From positions 166,376 through 230,375 of the forward strand of contig CAZSGP010000004.1 of NCBI GenBank assembly GCA_964606485.1: a DNA stretch of 64,000 nucleotides, in the 5' to 3' direction. The translations under genes and the position numbers were made by a program. The stretch's first letter is position 1. Each line of letters opens with the position of its first letter. Below are positions 63,201 through 64,000 of this stretch, piece after piece. Source of the DNA: an uncultured Planctomycetia bacterium (lineage in GTDB: Bacteria; Omnitrophota; Gorgyraeia; 2-02-FULL-51-18). A model generated the notes under the pieces. It searched no databases. It was not told the origin of the DNA and saw nothing but the letters and a program-made list of their open reading frames with translations.

Positions 63201-64000
63201 CAGCAAGCCGTTCAACGCCTGGCCGATGTTCTTCGGTTTGATTCCACCGTCAAAGCCATTGGCGAATCGTTGCGTGCGGTGCTTCAGTCGGCGAGCCGCA
63301 CGAGCGACGTTAGTCTTGTGAGGAGTTTTGTTGAACGAGTTCGCTCTATTGAGCTTGAGACACAAGGTGAATTTATCAATGTGAAGGCCCAGATTTTGAA
63401 CGTACTGATCGGGCTTGCTTCTAATCAGCTGGATAAAGTGAAAGTTGACGTGTTTGGTTCAGATGCCAAACATGCCGATCAAAGCACTCTCGATTTCTTA
63501 AACAGTCTTCCCGACGGCTTCCGCAAAGAAGCAGCCTACGCAGCGTTTGAGGCAAAGATTGCCATGTCCGACCGCGCGGCTGAAATTCATAACACCAATG
63601 CTTGGATCAACGAGGCGGTCCGGGAATTTGATGCCATAAATTTAAAACGGGTCAACGCGGGCATTGAGAAAAATAGCGAAGCCAAACTTAATGAAAAATT
63701 ACAAGCTGGAATAGATATCGAAACCGCTATTAAAGAGTTGCAGGGTAGCTCTCTGACCCCGGAACAAGCGAACGATCTTTCACAAAAACTCACAGCAGCC
63801 CGTTTAAAGAAAGCGAGCCTGGATCAGGATGCCGAGCTTCGTGCAATGGAAGCGACCGTCACTGCGCGATCAGAAAGCATTTATGGATGGAAAGGGCGCT
63901 TGGCGCTTTGGTTGTCAAAAGGCTCGCGCTTTGAACGGATTGAACGGTTGATGTTGAGCCTAGCGGGACGGTTTGCCGGAGCGCGTGTTATTGAAATAAA
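27243..64000 (+). CDS. giant multidomain repeat protein (>12,250 aa; 3' end beyond window)
   Basis: No stop in frame 0 from ATG 27243 to 64000 (no plus-strand frame-0 ORF boundaries in the supplied track; spot translations at 27.2, 30-41.6, 47.5-60 kb read as continuous sensible protein); N-terminal signal-anchor MQNESMKLKPYKSRWSWQFKSVSVLIIGTFLLHDLAWG; preceded by a 184-bp AT-rich spacer. Confidence 0.8.
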   Translation, partial: MQNESMKLKPYKSRWSWQFKSVSVLIIGTFLLHDLAWGVDSDYLRKNKERDSGNLFLPSYLQKANNDQLERMKAREDLNLLFQSLRSDEFTKQLRSKSPKFESHGEEDRKPAAGGSGKGGGAFNYMVTFNEGRQPAELQVFDRASDGSINATYVYQINGKDISSLTRDAVTQTTKDGATIRGGSKKIDPKGAASQLELATVIHYAQGKNSKGERFVDYVESAFENGKSTMVQMHERSSSGFLTGVQTFDVKDSGLDTATNAFKTQLSTNNLIRSEVYDGSEKEHLLYAFSDYALDANNVVRPNSFEVANYDAAGVLESKKSYDISSYDPSSAAWTQIQADLRAGGVGYEKDLRSETTFTGAEDNRVEDQVFTYKDGEIIERQDFEYRSFKDANTGKTRLALVSSFSFDVDDATLSVGDRRKKSSGQILDPNGDPIPANFTGTLKTQNVFENGQVSQVFSFGIDDSGKYFVESRTDHIVDSLGARKSYIFDTTGLSTRDARQKMSGDLVMDAAGNVIKGIFTGELVNETVLEISRGQERAALQLLYEKDAAGRYSQTERLDFSYSPSGKLLDTVSYDISDLSLADGRLRGTGEQVSRSFFSGVDQQIQRIDSTGDIAVADLGSNTPVDPRDMASDPGAVVVYETGHTGDRNFIKSISFTGGINYQFEYDAAHNLASVYFSRSGVASNANHLVRYAYSALSGQSVLDLVATTNHLTVRYAYQNGRVISTSQFEDANADGILDPTESVRNVTYYDLNDSSGRKVLLSRQYVGGTTFAQVQGDLLATITDATKVKTESVFTYQAAEPDRINFITTFMGVASSGFELSRSFNSNDTQNHVMYTEQYAGGDPNQVRMTSFNNYSGGRVESTVQIQGKVDFSNAVVSAALQGDRVINEQEILGIAGAVSFTQNSGIKGSEKTDFVRNISAGHYTTRQTYRYDVDLDSGLDEITTLREDGSVALKNFFVGFSGEETADYSYAYANDGVTVRSVSVNFYGGNLRAQNAASKDAMVRSESYEVSELSLISTAVRRSATVFAGARGEEVADYSTSFAQDGTTVRNISVNFYQGNLRAANASTSDALSRSDSHDASDISQVTTANRRASTFFAGERGEEIPDYTYGYAPDGTTVRNVSVNFYDGNVRAQNATTRQALVRSDSHQTTDISQITATNRKSSTFFVGDKSEEIADYSTSFAADGVTVRNISVNYYEGNVRAANASTDDAMVRSDSHETTDIAQVSIANRRNSTFFVGKKGDEIADYSYGYANDGNAVRNVSVNFYTGNVRATNATPNDAMVRSESYRTTDIAQIATGNRSAATFFVGEKGNEIADYSYSYAIDGSTVRNVSVNFYAGGVRASSASVDDALLRSDSHDTADIAAITTANRRSSTFFAGNRGDEISDYSASYASDGTTVRNISVNFYEGDRRAINASAEDALIRSDVHMANTIGQVSQTNRRSSTFFAGTRGSEIADYSYSYAPDGIAINSVSINFYQGDLRAQDASVNDALVRSDAHETSDIVQARPANRKSSTFFAGARGEEIADYSYSYAPDGVTIRNVSVNFYEGNLRASDASTNDALVQSDSHETTDILQVGTANRRSSTFFAGAQGEEIADYSYGYGANGTAVRNVSINFYEGDRRAIDASSEDKLVRSDSHQTSTLAQSTQANRRSSTFFAGARGQEIADYSTSYANDGTTVRNVSINFYEGELRASVAASSSALIRSDSYETTAVGVASLFVQDRRSSTFFVGTRGEEIADYSMSYAPDGTTVRNVSVNFYEGDVRAANASVNDALVRSDSHQAAGIGQITQGNRKSSTFFDGDRGEEIADYSYSYATDGTTVRNVSVNFYQGDVRADAASVNDALVRSDSHQTTTIAQVSGTNRRGSTFFIGDRGSEIADYSYGYAANGTTVRNVSVNFYEGDRRAIDASPDHALVQSDSHEASDILQIATANRRSSTFFAGDQGSEIADYSYSYASNGSTVRNVSVNFYEGNQRATNADVEDALIRSDSHQASVIGQVTQANRKSSTFFAGVRGEEIADYSYSYANDGNTVRNVSVNFYEGDVRAANALISNALARSDSHQVSNIAQISTLNRKSSTFFSGTRGEEIADYSYSYAPDGTTVRNVSVNIYQGDVRATNASVNDALLRSDSHQATDIAQITDANRKTSTFFTGTRGEEIANYSYAYGNDGTTIRTVSVNFYNGNLRATDASPDDALVRSDSHQATGIGQITQANRKSSTFFAGDRGDEIADYSYSYATDGITVRNVSVNIYQGNIRATNASADDALIRSDSHDATDMSGATQANRRSSTFFAGLRGDEIADYSYSYATDGTTVNSVSINFYQGGVRAAAASVNDALIRSDSHQATAIGQVTQGNRRSSTFFTGTRGDEIADYSYSYATDGITVRNVSINFYEGDVRAINASVNDALIRSDSHEATAIGQITQANRRSSTFFVGVRGDEIADYSKSYGNDGVTVRGVSVNFYSGNQRAAKAASNDALVRTDSHQVTDILQVDLLNRKNSTFFAGIRGEEIADYSTSYAPNGVTIRNISINFYEGDVRAADASVNNALIRSDSHLADAIGQVNQANRRSSTFFKGVRGEEIADISTNYAPDGITVRNVSINIYEGELRAENASVSDALIRSDSYETTAAGVVSLFVTDRRSSTFFTGTRGEEIANYSYSYATDGVTVRNVSINFYQGDVRAVDATVNDALVRSDSHETTAIGAVTAQNRRSSTFFAGVRGEEIADYSYGYASDGTTVRNVSINFYQGSLRAAVASVNDALIYSDSHQADGISAANTQNRKNTTFFAGPRGEEIADYSTSYATDGTTVKNISVNFYQGNVRALNAAPKDSLIRSDSHEAGSLGAVNIQNRTSSTFFAGIRGEEIADYSTSYAPDGTTIRTVSVNIYRGDLRAKDASVSDALIRSDSHQTTDILQISNSNRKSSTFFAGSRGEEIADYSYSYAANGTTVRNVSINFYQGDLRAAAASVNDALIRSDSHETSAIGAATTQNRRSSTFFAGVRGEEIADYSYSYATDGITIRNVSVNIYEGDLRAEDASTTTTLVRSDSHQTDDILKVATTNRRSSTFFAGDRGNEIADYSTSYAANGTTVRNVSINFYQGDRRANLASLDDALVRSDSHEVSDIAQIAVTNRKSSTFFAGLRGEEIADYSYSYAKDGATVKNVSVNFYQGDVRASNASVNDVLLRSDSHEAGSIQAVGVQNRKSSTFFTGNRGDEIANYSTSFAADGVTVRNISVNFYQGNVRSAQATSNDALIRSDSHEVSDIAQITPANRKSATFFAGKRGEEIADYSYSYAPDGTTVRNVSVNIYQGDLRAKDASVNDALIRSDSHQVTDIGQIAQANRRNSTFFFGSRGEEIADYSYAYGNDGVIVRNVSVNIYQGNVRAMNASSSDALLRSDSHEAGEILQVSDANRKSSTFFTGSRGEEIADYSYGYAKDGLTVKNVSVNFYQGDKRAIDASVNDALLRSDSHQAKSLGEAIQANRKSSTFFVGARGEEIADTSVSYAKDGVTSRSISINYYQGDIRAVNASVNDALVRSDNFEASGTGAISLLLQNRRSSTFFTGTRGEEIADYSYSYAPDGTTVRNVSVNIYQGDVRATNASVNDALLRSDSHQATAIGQVTQANRRNSTFFVGGRGAEISDYSASYGSDGVTIRSIALNFYEGNHRAMDATSDDALVRSDNHEATAIGLVSQANRRGSTYFAGVRGEEIADFSYGYGSDGNTVKNVSVNFYQGSLRAADASANDALIYSDSHEAADISRVGTSNRKSSTFFAGPRGDEIADYSYSYDKDGTTVKNVSINFYQGDLRAQDASSNDALIRSDSHETTSVTSVNMSNRKSSTYFAGSRSQEIADYSYSYATDGTTVKNVSINFYQGDKRAIDASVNDALLRSDSHQTTDYTLAAFSNRRSSTFFAGDRGNEIADYSYSYAGNGTTVRNVSINFYLGGLRAVDASFDEALIRSDSHQATDITQITQATRRSSTFFRGNHGDEIADYSYAYGNDGTTVRNVSVNYYTGNLRAANASANDALLRSDSHQVTDIAQVDVTNRKSSTFFVGAKGDEIADYSVSFAKDGTTAKNVSLNFYEGNVRASNASVNDALIRSDSYETTATGVASLLITSRRSSTFFTGTRGDEVADYSYSYNNDGVTVRNVSVNFYTGNARASNAAASDALLRSDSHQTTDISQIATTNRKNSTFFAGPRGEEIADYSYSYATDGSTVKNVSVNFYQGDIRASNASVNDALVRSDSHQATAIGQITQANRRNSTFFFGVRGDEIADYSYGYGSDGSSVRNVSINFYQGNLRAALASSTDAMVHTDSHQTTDITLAALANRKSTTFFAGARGDETADYSYAYGTDGTTVRNVSVNFYEGDVRASNASANDALLRSDSHQTTDISLITTTNRKSSNYFVGSRGDEIADYAYSYAADGITVKNVSVNFYQGNVRAAVASANAGMNRNDAMIRSDSHETTAIASVSVANRRSSTFFAGPRSEEIADYSYSYATDGATVKNVSVNYYQGNVRATVASTNDALMRSDSHQATDIAQIAQLNRKSSTFFAGSRGDEIADYSYAYGNDGATVKNVSVNFYEGNLRATNATPNDAMIRSDSHQTTDIAQIAVGNRRSSTFFVGSRGDEIADYSYAYGTNGTTVRNVSINFYTGNVRAVNASINNAMVRTDSHQTASLAQVATANRRNSTFFVGPRGDEIADYSYSYAKDGATVRNVSVNTYQGNVRASVASSNDALVRSDSHQTTSISQISTANRRSTTFFTGTRGDELSDYSHSYGTDGTTVVASTLFIRDAANALVESVNYSNKITRDISKNVVDALNSATALIETSRDYWKGSQGFEVRDLSAFYSYDDSGNKSIDRTQIYYYFIDDNDNNQIDATDGNGQLDAGEPSGKRAHEVTPDDLEMGSRTYVGDLTYFQTVRTILGRDTLGRVTSYREEGRDQSGTFFSENRSDITYIGDTENTFSFKATRRDGEITSHFEMRNMVYDERNRLRSSERVDVEPATGSADTMLDRVMVTKTINDYDSQPGFVVVTSNSYGISAQGTLSTSNSQTKFKLTGDAFTQPLFISGSNTDYHLVEDNGNVFNLRSLLTSGSQNSPALSDGFGLLDGYDTAAANGGNWFGFLTADPNPGTRNLTLNGLTIRVGSVSGVETVSQTYSADGNPDRQVERFFTGTGAGKIVNTTRETVNHYVSPQPASRLTQLGLPSGFKIIGDRMTTDFYDSSAQAKSVNTVVFKTTGIDNPVTAPSLMESNRTVTFLTDGTTQSTENHTYTYKAYANRGAAVSTDADLKPFDVHHEITQEIIERSPTGAVFNAGDQANQKQTINYARDAIGNLMFTDRMNDNDPSSRSVEFAGMDADIMNAASEILDAQHVQISGNGGTQSITDAFGNRMEYDAQGAPNQYIEASGNVLLTANLSAVMTDTDPLFQNYRYTITENLGNGLTRSFSYGLNNPSEAQAVFERYAQFAANWKWNNASTSRVYSGADTSLSGYSIHYNPSGFPDKILNGSNAINTVQFLAGTGTETTAFATPLSATPASSLSPGAFRLVVNNRTLLYGTLPMVSVNTSNNVTSRVVTDPGFDWEVEFMMMAQFTIKNFGFSTGSFAGNGVGAAVSLTGVTQNGTNIIQGTFLNSQNQLQVTDSRSGETFTVSTASVNGQADLARQLAMAALGSGTQTTWNGSRATGRAGNIYYAADFDTASAIPSNLATTIYRTDASRTQNQGALFNIERINTAGADPTKTLVKLTSLADHTVTYISYDQFGQREMILRLKNGTNISQFVANGEASLSQASVQDSLKTLATSNTFESVEFNQNIRHDNGFAQIIRQGFQSALDSNITRLDSNGNALTGVTTYSENQMFGPSGRILSSSSTRHEVGSGVDLTTVNKSQFSYDAQGNLMAQSARETQNGTNVGNNMSNPSNPTFAINNVSKITVLKGVKLDSLGQRVTMDFSSRQSGQGMLSSGQMDPRSFGGSFDHDQTLIQTLGTVTQPNGLDAFGRLVSSTTQEREFFGDRNGSRTVGETKTEMNGIAYDTLNQMAAFQKTVAKNGQWVDIVLDAAGSLLPVMNFLSNVEQTDQVSTPDSRGRISTRTTMTTRDNAILIPNRDWNNSTAVAGGGDLLDSTHGVMIGGKHYFVFAYGGGSLELYSGEGIRTIAPRQLSGALALGQHQTIQLADAGIYYDVYNQGDYFVLTPKGNFGSQAEANAAAALRYTTTTETRAGPLALSANSTFNSQYAVTPSGGISYDNFSRLQGFADTTTVTLFGNFATYNDHAFSANHAQMTYAHLSGSMTQPHWTNPFWADGATGETASSGPPSVTRIHSTQDIRYDAAGRQLSLTDINIENGSRLVNGTSQTYRTESVTRRTDMRYDSQGRLDSYRDTRSSNTDKSITVTDRTSTQYDSSGQVSGFEEVNHTTGFDAAGRLLNPADTTKTSALAMNFTSTVRQSNLRYDTLGRLISSLRTVASQGQMAFSEFTRYIVYDLNSNAVDTITSSTQLVAVPASDPQAYAQFLSTLPNGSGQQYTDGIFAADNGQQGYFGALTAAPVITGSVATLSFNVNLYQGGTASITNRRFSTLYRAVGTNRTQSIFDTFGNAVKQITSVQQVVQTSAGFAGCDGYGQLVYHAPTYATTYQTVSIIQTTFNSLNQIVTRVIQQFSKAFNNFVKLVVDIIHQSGFVYDSYNRIVNYSTYQFINTPGTRGTNVWTRVTQSYNAFNQQIFESTSATQITKSKKGSFRITQTTNTQTNTATVFNSYGQVANTLSREVFRQEFIKSKGTGFAKLYSNSTFAAVVSIVAVLAVVVSYGAASAALGALSALSSASGASAVGITAGVGTSAGSSAAASGTFAGSSSFAAGQSINPLMTYYSSFTYFSIFDDQRTSIAQLIELAPRDGDEMSRFGQIWNYTIIAATVISGVVLSVVTFGAGTPLAIVLNALVAAAVTAVIQSANAVVQTEVMGQSSKGVWGKVAVQVATSFAAAFFASAIQWVGLGANVAGGEGIVASMINEGATVAATTLVGGTANYLYLKHEGESNQKILRQLSTGFAISLAVTVLMAGLTGALGGDLAKKDVLQPGLYIDNNKLSAVGGQFYTRLGNALFTNEMFLKSIGMNEDFGRAFSAATEAVMAVANSLIPNEKDPTSEDWSKALANAPSGAFDFAAQFMKGFLARLAGSFADKIVENNTKLIIGGIFSIASAVTQFATVFLNMIEQMSKLIASDGKNQDADKTGRGNEQEKNAGKKALDPSSTVLKAFEEAAQFIEDFFGNIPVITPILQTVMMAAGAAAATFTSAVMAAVAVGQKLVDTAISFGSVFVFAAKAIFGDKEKKEANWKEAGDALQGVFSGILNTVIAAIQFPFKVLSDAITGLAETLVKFISIFGKDFAKDLKININKIAGGAVTTLTVLLINTSQNSDDANDNAQSGLNKLQSLSKNLADDFNSSDGSHGAETVEAIQIRAGNVTKILGALRDKGWLRADTVSSALDVLNALNKINYAKLSVENAIKLSGILIQTRLEMYGMALAAGIMTPGLLGDFIQSTLEQMGALFSTDRMDWETYNKLKGEIVNYIQTADPKMVAEQKGRINQFFNNAVAGLVALQKSGKQMKTLSLGTDESELEDAIFNTEGMAALVLKSDLSANGDFIKKFAETLKDPNNKLDAKVLLSAVLSTLGPAREMLKLALIDGNISQEESLEIINMVADGLNGLAPLFENKNEAIQKAAETVLGQANALLEKVNPEYLKTTQGQRLLTVIATVERASGKAVLTSEASSAESLRPTAMSLSEKFLKNHSEMKSILAISRGRFETVEVKDQTLKDARGNVIKDSEGNEKKFSGIALKDRKTGELLRDNNGNLKMAVRSIAGDSFVVEVRTAQGAEGRSGAGSSNDDLSELASKGFRLTKIGEENGVVRYQAFALVDGAQMLHDGAQFNPFTAGSDLEVQSGIMVNGDLIESTTSTDYVHIQIGKNGRAEILNSGFITVATEFNGQQANLRISYEKGGKISGGQALIFGDDKPVDLTAIAGGKEFVIARGSTPLLSLDNRETTFMDSLGLSVTRSLHSDLVGFTREGKSLELLSSKGEVETRLGFQVGGEGSSSAEVPVFRPELGLGNYNVYVQGKNYYEVSLNKDSRMLAVGGELKPTALGAGGQGSPINIFAKNAAGSLVPVGHSEVDVQANGFPVGGENFTRVAQRIQFNDDVDDATKSLCRDTLKMDSEILVSSKGVSTFRVDRNSQGAISMLSYFGEVSADTMASSAAGLADMGIRLKGVNADGQTMISQIDEKGYAGTMTILNSKFISENPGAPIDAKILMPDGTSKNISINSQTLIRSTGAVNYIPDNDDGRPFEYRTGDVFSSYEVAGVNADQAKVVKSSLATLGLRQTENTAAIVRTGAPDETGKVSDIIVGTGRFDAQGNLSWVLPAGQQDRIEKISANGAAVSFIAGANEVREIDAATHTDRIDFEMNAVTAQKVTEADFNEAKQMAIQFGLRAPPDDIADGAPRVLFSANGAQITATYHASFNELDGRPTGFMLDKGQDGQVAKFLGLTEYTFPFSTSANTLLPAEQNELTSILSLAHDAMTGKNQNLKLVYNDDHTALTIENKRENGLTVFTTLDSQNPQPVYELSAGGEKHTLSRETDGFLYITAQDGQRMVLDLGKQIIPNQAREKITVDNLRVDGMTLDGAFFGAYTVRGDKNRVVQILGGAGGAAGTSPQGLASKGEVFNSDVEDQNGNLHTALIGINGTFAYLGNEVKFKEPGSELLVRYNDAGVEGLFSDNRRVYEGTVGFSQSGMDFSVDTIADIIREGDTIIFGSYVNSDGVKGFALEPGQEKAIASFLNITEEKLSEKLKEQPATLAGRVAMAQTLGNVQLLHAAVGMKEKIGVKDIPLVSDEAALNTAIENLDHKALAGMVGNISAIKAISARQNDVLGFGEFKITVAQLASDPALAKDADFLSFASNVLALSDNQVKVVKVGGVDRSVVPQSAWTLAEMVRTADLEGVTAAVSYASLVLAAAGHQKFIESQGLGGMNATLNGLLDLARFGLIGGDYAFMSAAAQTIQAGLGALDQKQNEDATRSRFNALEDPKMKLNASVYSFHLDEALAAFEKGDLAAFSQKFQIAQQGLGLLAAIENKQVSIAAFDQAGLHDMTINFGYLLDDAKVAYGQGNFESFAKKFEMIQGGFALLEMKKNEAKVNGRFDTQGLSSAKDVYNRETALAIKAYAQDDEEAFANHFGKSQAGLSLLAIAEARVQAPDNLKKAGLGALESAWKKSFSSASDAYGKPDATEFEKAMGELNVIGLGVAAVLTKKVPAATAQKAVEDYLNTGLTKEVRGAALNFLQDVTQASHQVSVDSVTGSVSVLARSDANKSVSRQYDSSGKRQGSSVIFTPDPATTEKGITLSFDKEDNLVGPIEPHSLTLYGRSVTIESRESTVNGAKQFRAVLHMDVTSENPLETNLKNLPAGMDSLKFTGPMALVVNANGSFTVESKFITAKIENGEYQLCQTAIVNWQGDSLSIERGRMNVTDGATFEIGATGLAHYTDPTGGSGPTSNAKLPDKSIHASQSADGTVTLSKGAIEIRNNAVVVTEGQQFIVDGLIKNFKIGNSLIGDKGEQGSLIYTSVNGVARLVQWGQVMGALTGQENDLLAAVEKVASELSSPVGRIYHASVDKQASALKEKISGLKESLKNQSAETRKTLVIQFLRGVENIEISAYTNFFETSAGSREIKEGASTVGVRILDILNYDKKDSKIWGYEATHALDKDKNFEASLRKTGDVVSEETKIFLSVALGNADEADKFLNTDSASKVKIFEKMADQAWNDANKMVERFMGHPKESAYHAAYEYALELRADAGDFKNAIGKYKSGESSLFELMHQASSLKGEGDASIIGAGDKLRLEKKEKTFAALLGDALPIPHTNAEIAGIFSKAFRTGNLQGIETALTLQGIWSTSGQLVELIKKGGTKEQKAAIAANRWRDADIGADETVASETAVLRDKFSAHKDKNFNRTDTIQTVYEVLVADPSLYKEASFEVSQSNIFETAHHTALQSYFESRGTWGAYQYSSGWFGKPLDQMTSSDYEWGFGKGVAVVGLSVVTLGASLAGNVAYATAFLKAGVSGAGFSAFGALGSNAISYYRTGQSNFNGYDLLGSMLSGYGTGVLMAGGTAGAAKVLGNTRIGNYLFASNSSSAAQAGRSQAGVLGMAWRARTGVVYGLSGGGMNVARHYLNSADEKDYKLISFTTLADFGVGAVIGAIFGAAVERFGLLSGTLRSGNSGVAVAVNRSVSYGTFMLMGSVVGIGGGVFNNFINNDDLSKNLVSNILIGAVLGGITRALFVNVAPSAAAEAGNGPLSVYSSSRFARFNQWMSEKALSASPSGNAAAQKFWPTNLREVWSQSMQIPSRAWSSVGGIWGMVRAGSYGVVGATVNVIRDFSSLREKDGTINWSNVWVSAASGALAGIVLGYALSAVGRSMQSNALNKVEKLANSNEAKIFDVEARFTTTGFNRLNSVLNRLNKVEGPLAQLRADMVHGAIEWMAVSPAFTVAGKFWSFMFDAVRARFGSTEESRTEAADRFWQTWDSLSLKETWVNLGYELAESVVTGPQHGFYLKPVINLFTPNAPKINAAQNAESKTWFERVSDRPVLGRAVKATAWMGQQFTMALTVQGFDIALKSMSDDKANLGFSERSREVLSWALLFIKDYTPGPEFNAAFLEGWSPTARMAYRYAVLGRSSEALDKANEALSGPLDVTSAVWLNTYTGARSEEAGRFKMTVEASSLEAVSTGDAFERLSQAQQALSSVPRTDIHSFNKTLEAFSKAIESAEAGLGAQDSRVQAAKSQLAKEANFLLGSALQRLSTVGQQDLGGAKTMDAARASSEAIRVGESILGASDAKVKEAKARFSEFAVRIAQDAAGGINNIRSMAGANISDLVLLARSFFGAAEIATTPESATTILRAIFNMGRHLLSSSVLNEIAKHPDFANSMAQIFSSMSQSLLAANLTGVDRATLSQATNQIGLLIIGASKSGVPTSFTRKSFKDFRQAYSEMATALNTIEQMGASAGTVRRAASELGRSYERFVAVAQDSIVSNFKDVASVSELTEGLRETTEAMSSVFKFMNPETVRRVMASDRVDVIMHQVEIVMTEQLEQAVKGLSSKNADEVQASRQELGRIVKALENARLFFEGAGTSGLVGDRRGAAETAERITATLKSVSRRNPAAKDMIAAERAKISPTQLNVEAISTHAVVRQINSDMAVAQAIAAGSGGTEMLRGLIGKSQANYIRGEQNGTRFSLERIAVVRAIENRVRRATEAREKVSKRLQGMTRDLGKLNKQIEELRSKNSSDPKELDKLRNLENSRAQLLLHELSVKHRVADLEYRESMALGLTPSLTEKIAERDGVELKKNAQEYFELAEKFLKSGDLGQPFTLKALKKAHELFEKSSERFSDTTKLYEAQFNDPANKDDAARKTNLIDAMAKFSQEAVKSLQSAASVFASAKTLARSMRLLARAAASEAKKARVEIDTLSKDVTAARREETQLAQARIKVAEAKIAALSDRISRTGASLKEGSADLKVTKDRVTRQNLEATLNKISKDLLSDRMELKKVQASMAKDKELISKQPEAVSAIASLTKSARAADMKSKSLKVGINSINKQAKAFIAQKSKVTQAKLSVALRAQKAADTLAVAAGRHYTPEVMQAIKQLWLSRAEQSMSHDEALRIASSDMAPTDLISIDAIGGKIEFRAGDLKAAATEKALAKEMRDAHGENPIAAGLQALKRYRNAPDSITVRDSQGQLRTLEWSENLAEANQRLLARNFSAKAANATSFLFARPGDKIDLVDGNGAVIESVDVTRTMKDAANKTWQELVSTSRGYRNVFKAEAVKAADKEQAGIELQIASSVGTVTIDNFNRMIEVFDRIDHLENSGLLPSSRKNEWNLKKDNLMMQLVRFLDAGTGKERSSQSPKDVLRQSFVDFINRNSITDQETAFFTVMVSIDRMTGGDLMNKLGDGAESFEKKFADIQNHVVTDAKAQLESSSLAQRQQAVQRLADVLRFDSTVKAIGESLRAVLQSASRTSDVSLVRSFVERVRSIELETQGEFINVKAQILNVLIGLASNQLDKVKVDVFGSDAKHADQSTLDFLNSLPDGFRKEAAYAAFEAKIAMSDRAAEIHNTNAWINEAVREFDAINLKRVNAGIEKNSEAKLNEKLQAGIDIETAIKELQGSSLTPEQANDLSQKLTAARLKKASLDQDAELRAMEATVTARSESIYGWKGRLALWLSKGSRFERIERLMLSLAGRFAGARVIEI
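30090..41570 (+). repeat. in-frame tandem array of about 55 units of 210 nt (70 aa) inside the giant CDS
   Basis: Consensus unit SDSHxTTDIAQIxxANRRSSTFFAGxRGEEIADYSYSYAxDGTTVRNVSVNFYxGxVRAxNASVNDALIR; the NFY codon recurs every 210 nt (30201, 30411, 30621, 30831, 31041 ...), with occasional 72-aa units. Confidence 0.92.
46170..46590 (+). other. cluster of RHS/YD-type repeats within the giant protein
   Basis: IRYDAAGRQLSL, MRYDSQGRLDSY, TQYDSSGQVSGF, LRYDTLGRLISS spaced ~20-40 aa apart (YDxxGRL consensus). Confidence 0.6.
47559..48385 (+). other. Gly/Ala/Ser-rich hydrophobic block 1 of giant protein (predicted multiple TM or membrane-inserting helices)
   Basis: FAAVVSIVAVLAVVVSYGAASAALGALSALS..., IIAATVISGVVLSVVTFGAGTPLAIVLNALVAAAVTAVI, VAVQVATSFAAAFFASAIQWVGLGANVAGG, FAISLAVTVLMAGLTGALGG. 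Confidence 0.55.
57361..58165 (+). other. Gly-rich hydrophobic block 2 of giant protein (GxxxG/glycine-zipper-like helices)
   Basis: GVAVVGLSVVTLGASLAGNVAYATAFLKAGVSGAGFSAFGALG..., FGVGAVIGAIFGAAV, GTFMLMGSVVGIGGGVF, ILIGAVLGGITRALFV. Confidence 0.55.

Overview
This 64-kb window is from a bacterial chromosome with moderate GC; the gene set yidC(3' end)-mnmG-parA-parB places it near the replication origin. From 1 to 27 kb there is a tightly packed, all-plus-strand housekeeping block: mnmG, parA, parB, ndk, a YicC-family gene, gmk, separate coaC and coaB genes, tRNA-Cys, tRNA-Leu, a small GIY-YIG nuclease gene, tRNA-Val, a cNMP-binding protein, two small coupled ORFs, thrS-infC-rpmI-rplT-pheS-pheT, a small membrane protein, a secreted coiled-coil protein and rarA. 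It is followed by a TolC-family, periplasmic-adaptor and 2x RND-permease efflux operon. From 27,243 to the window end, and beyond it, a single uninterrupted plus-strand reading frame of more than 12,250 codons encodes a giant protein. Its parts are an N-terminal signal-anchor, a ~940-aa N-terminal region with YD-like motifs, about 55 tandem 70-aa (210-nt) repeats (30.09-41.57 kb), a beta-rich region with a cluster of RHS/YD-type repeats, two Gly/Ala-rich hydrophobic blocks, and long alpha-helical/coiled-coil C-terminal regions; the stop codon is not reached. The housekeeping block is punctuated by families of GC-rich palindromic intergenic repeats. One inverted pair of these, together with a perfect 10-bp direct repeat, brackets the GIY-YIG gene between tRNA-Leu and tRNA-Val, which resembles a small insertion cassette. 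All minus-strand ORFs in the supplied track look like shadow ORFs of plus-strand genes. The lineage cannot be determined by eye; a giant multi-repeat surface-protein gene in a compact genome recalls uncultivated groups such as Omnitrophota, but this is speculation.
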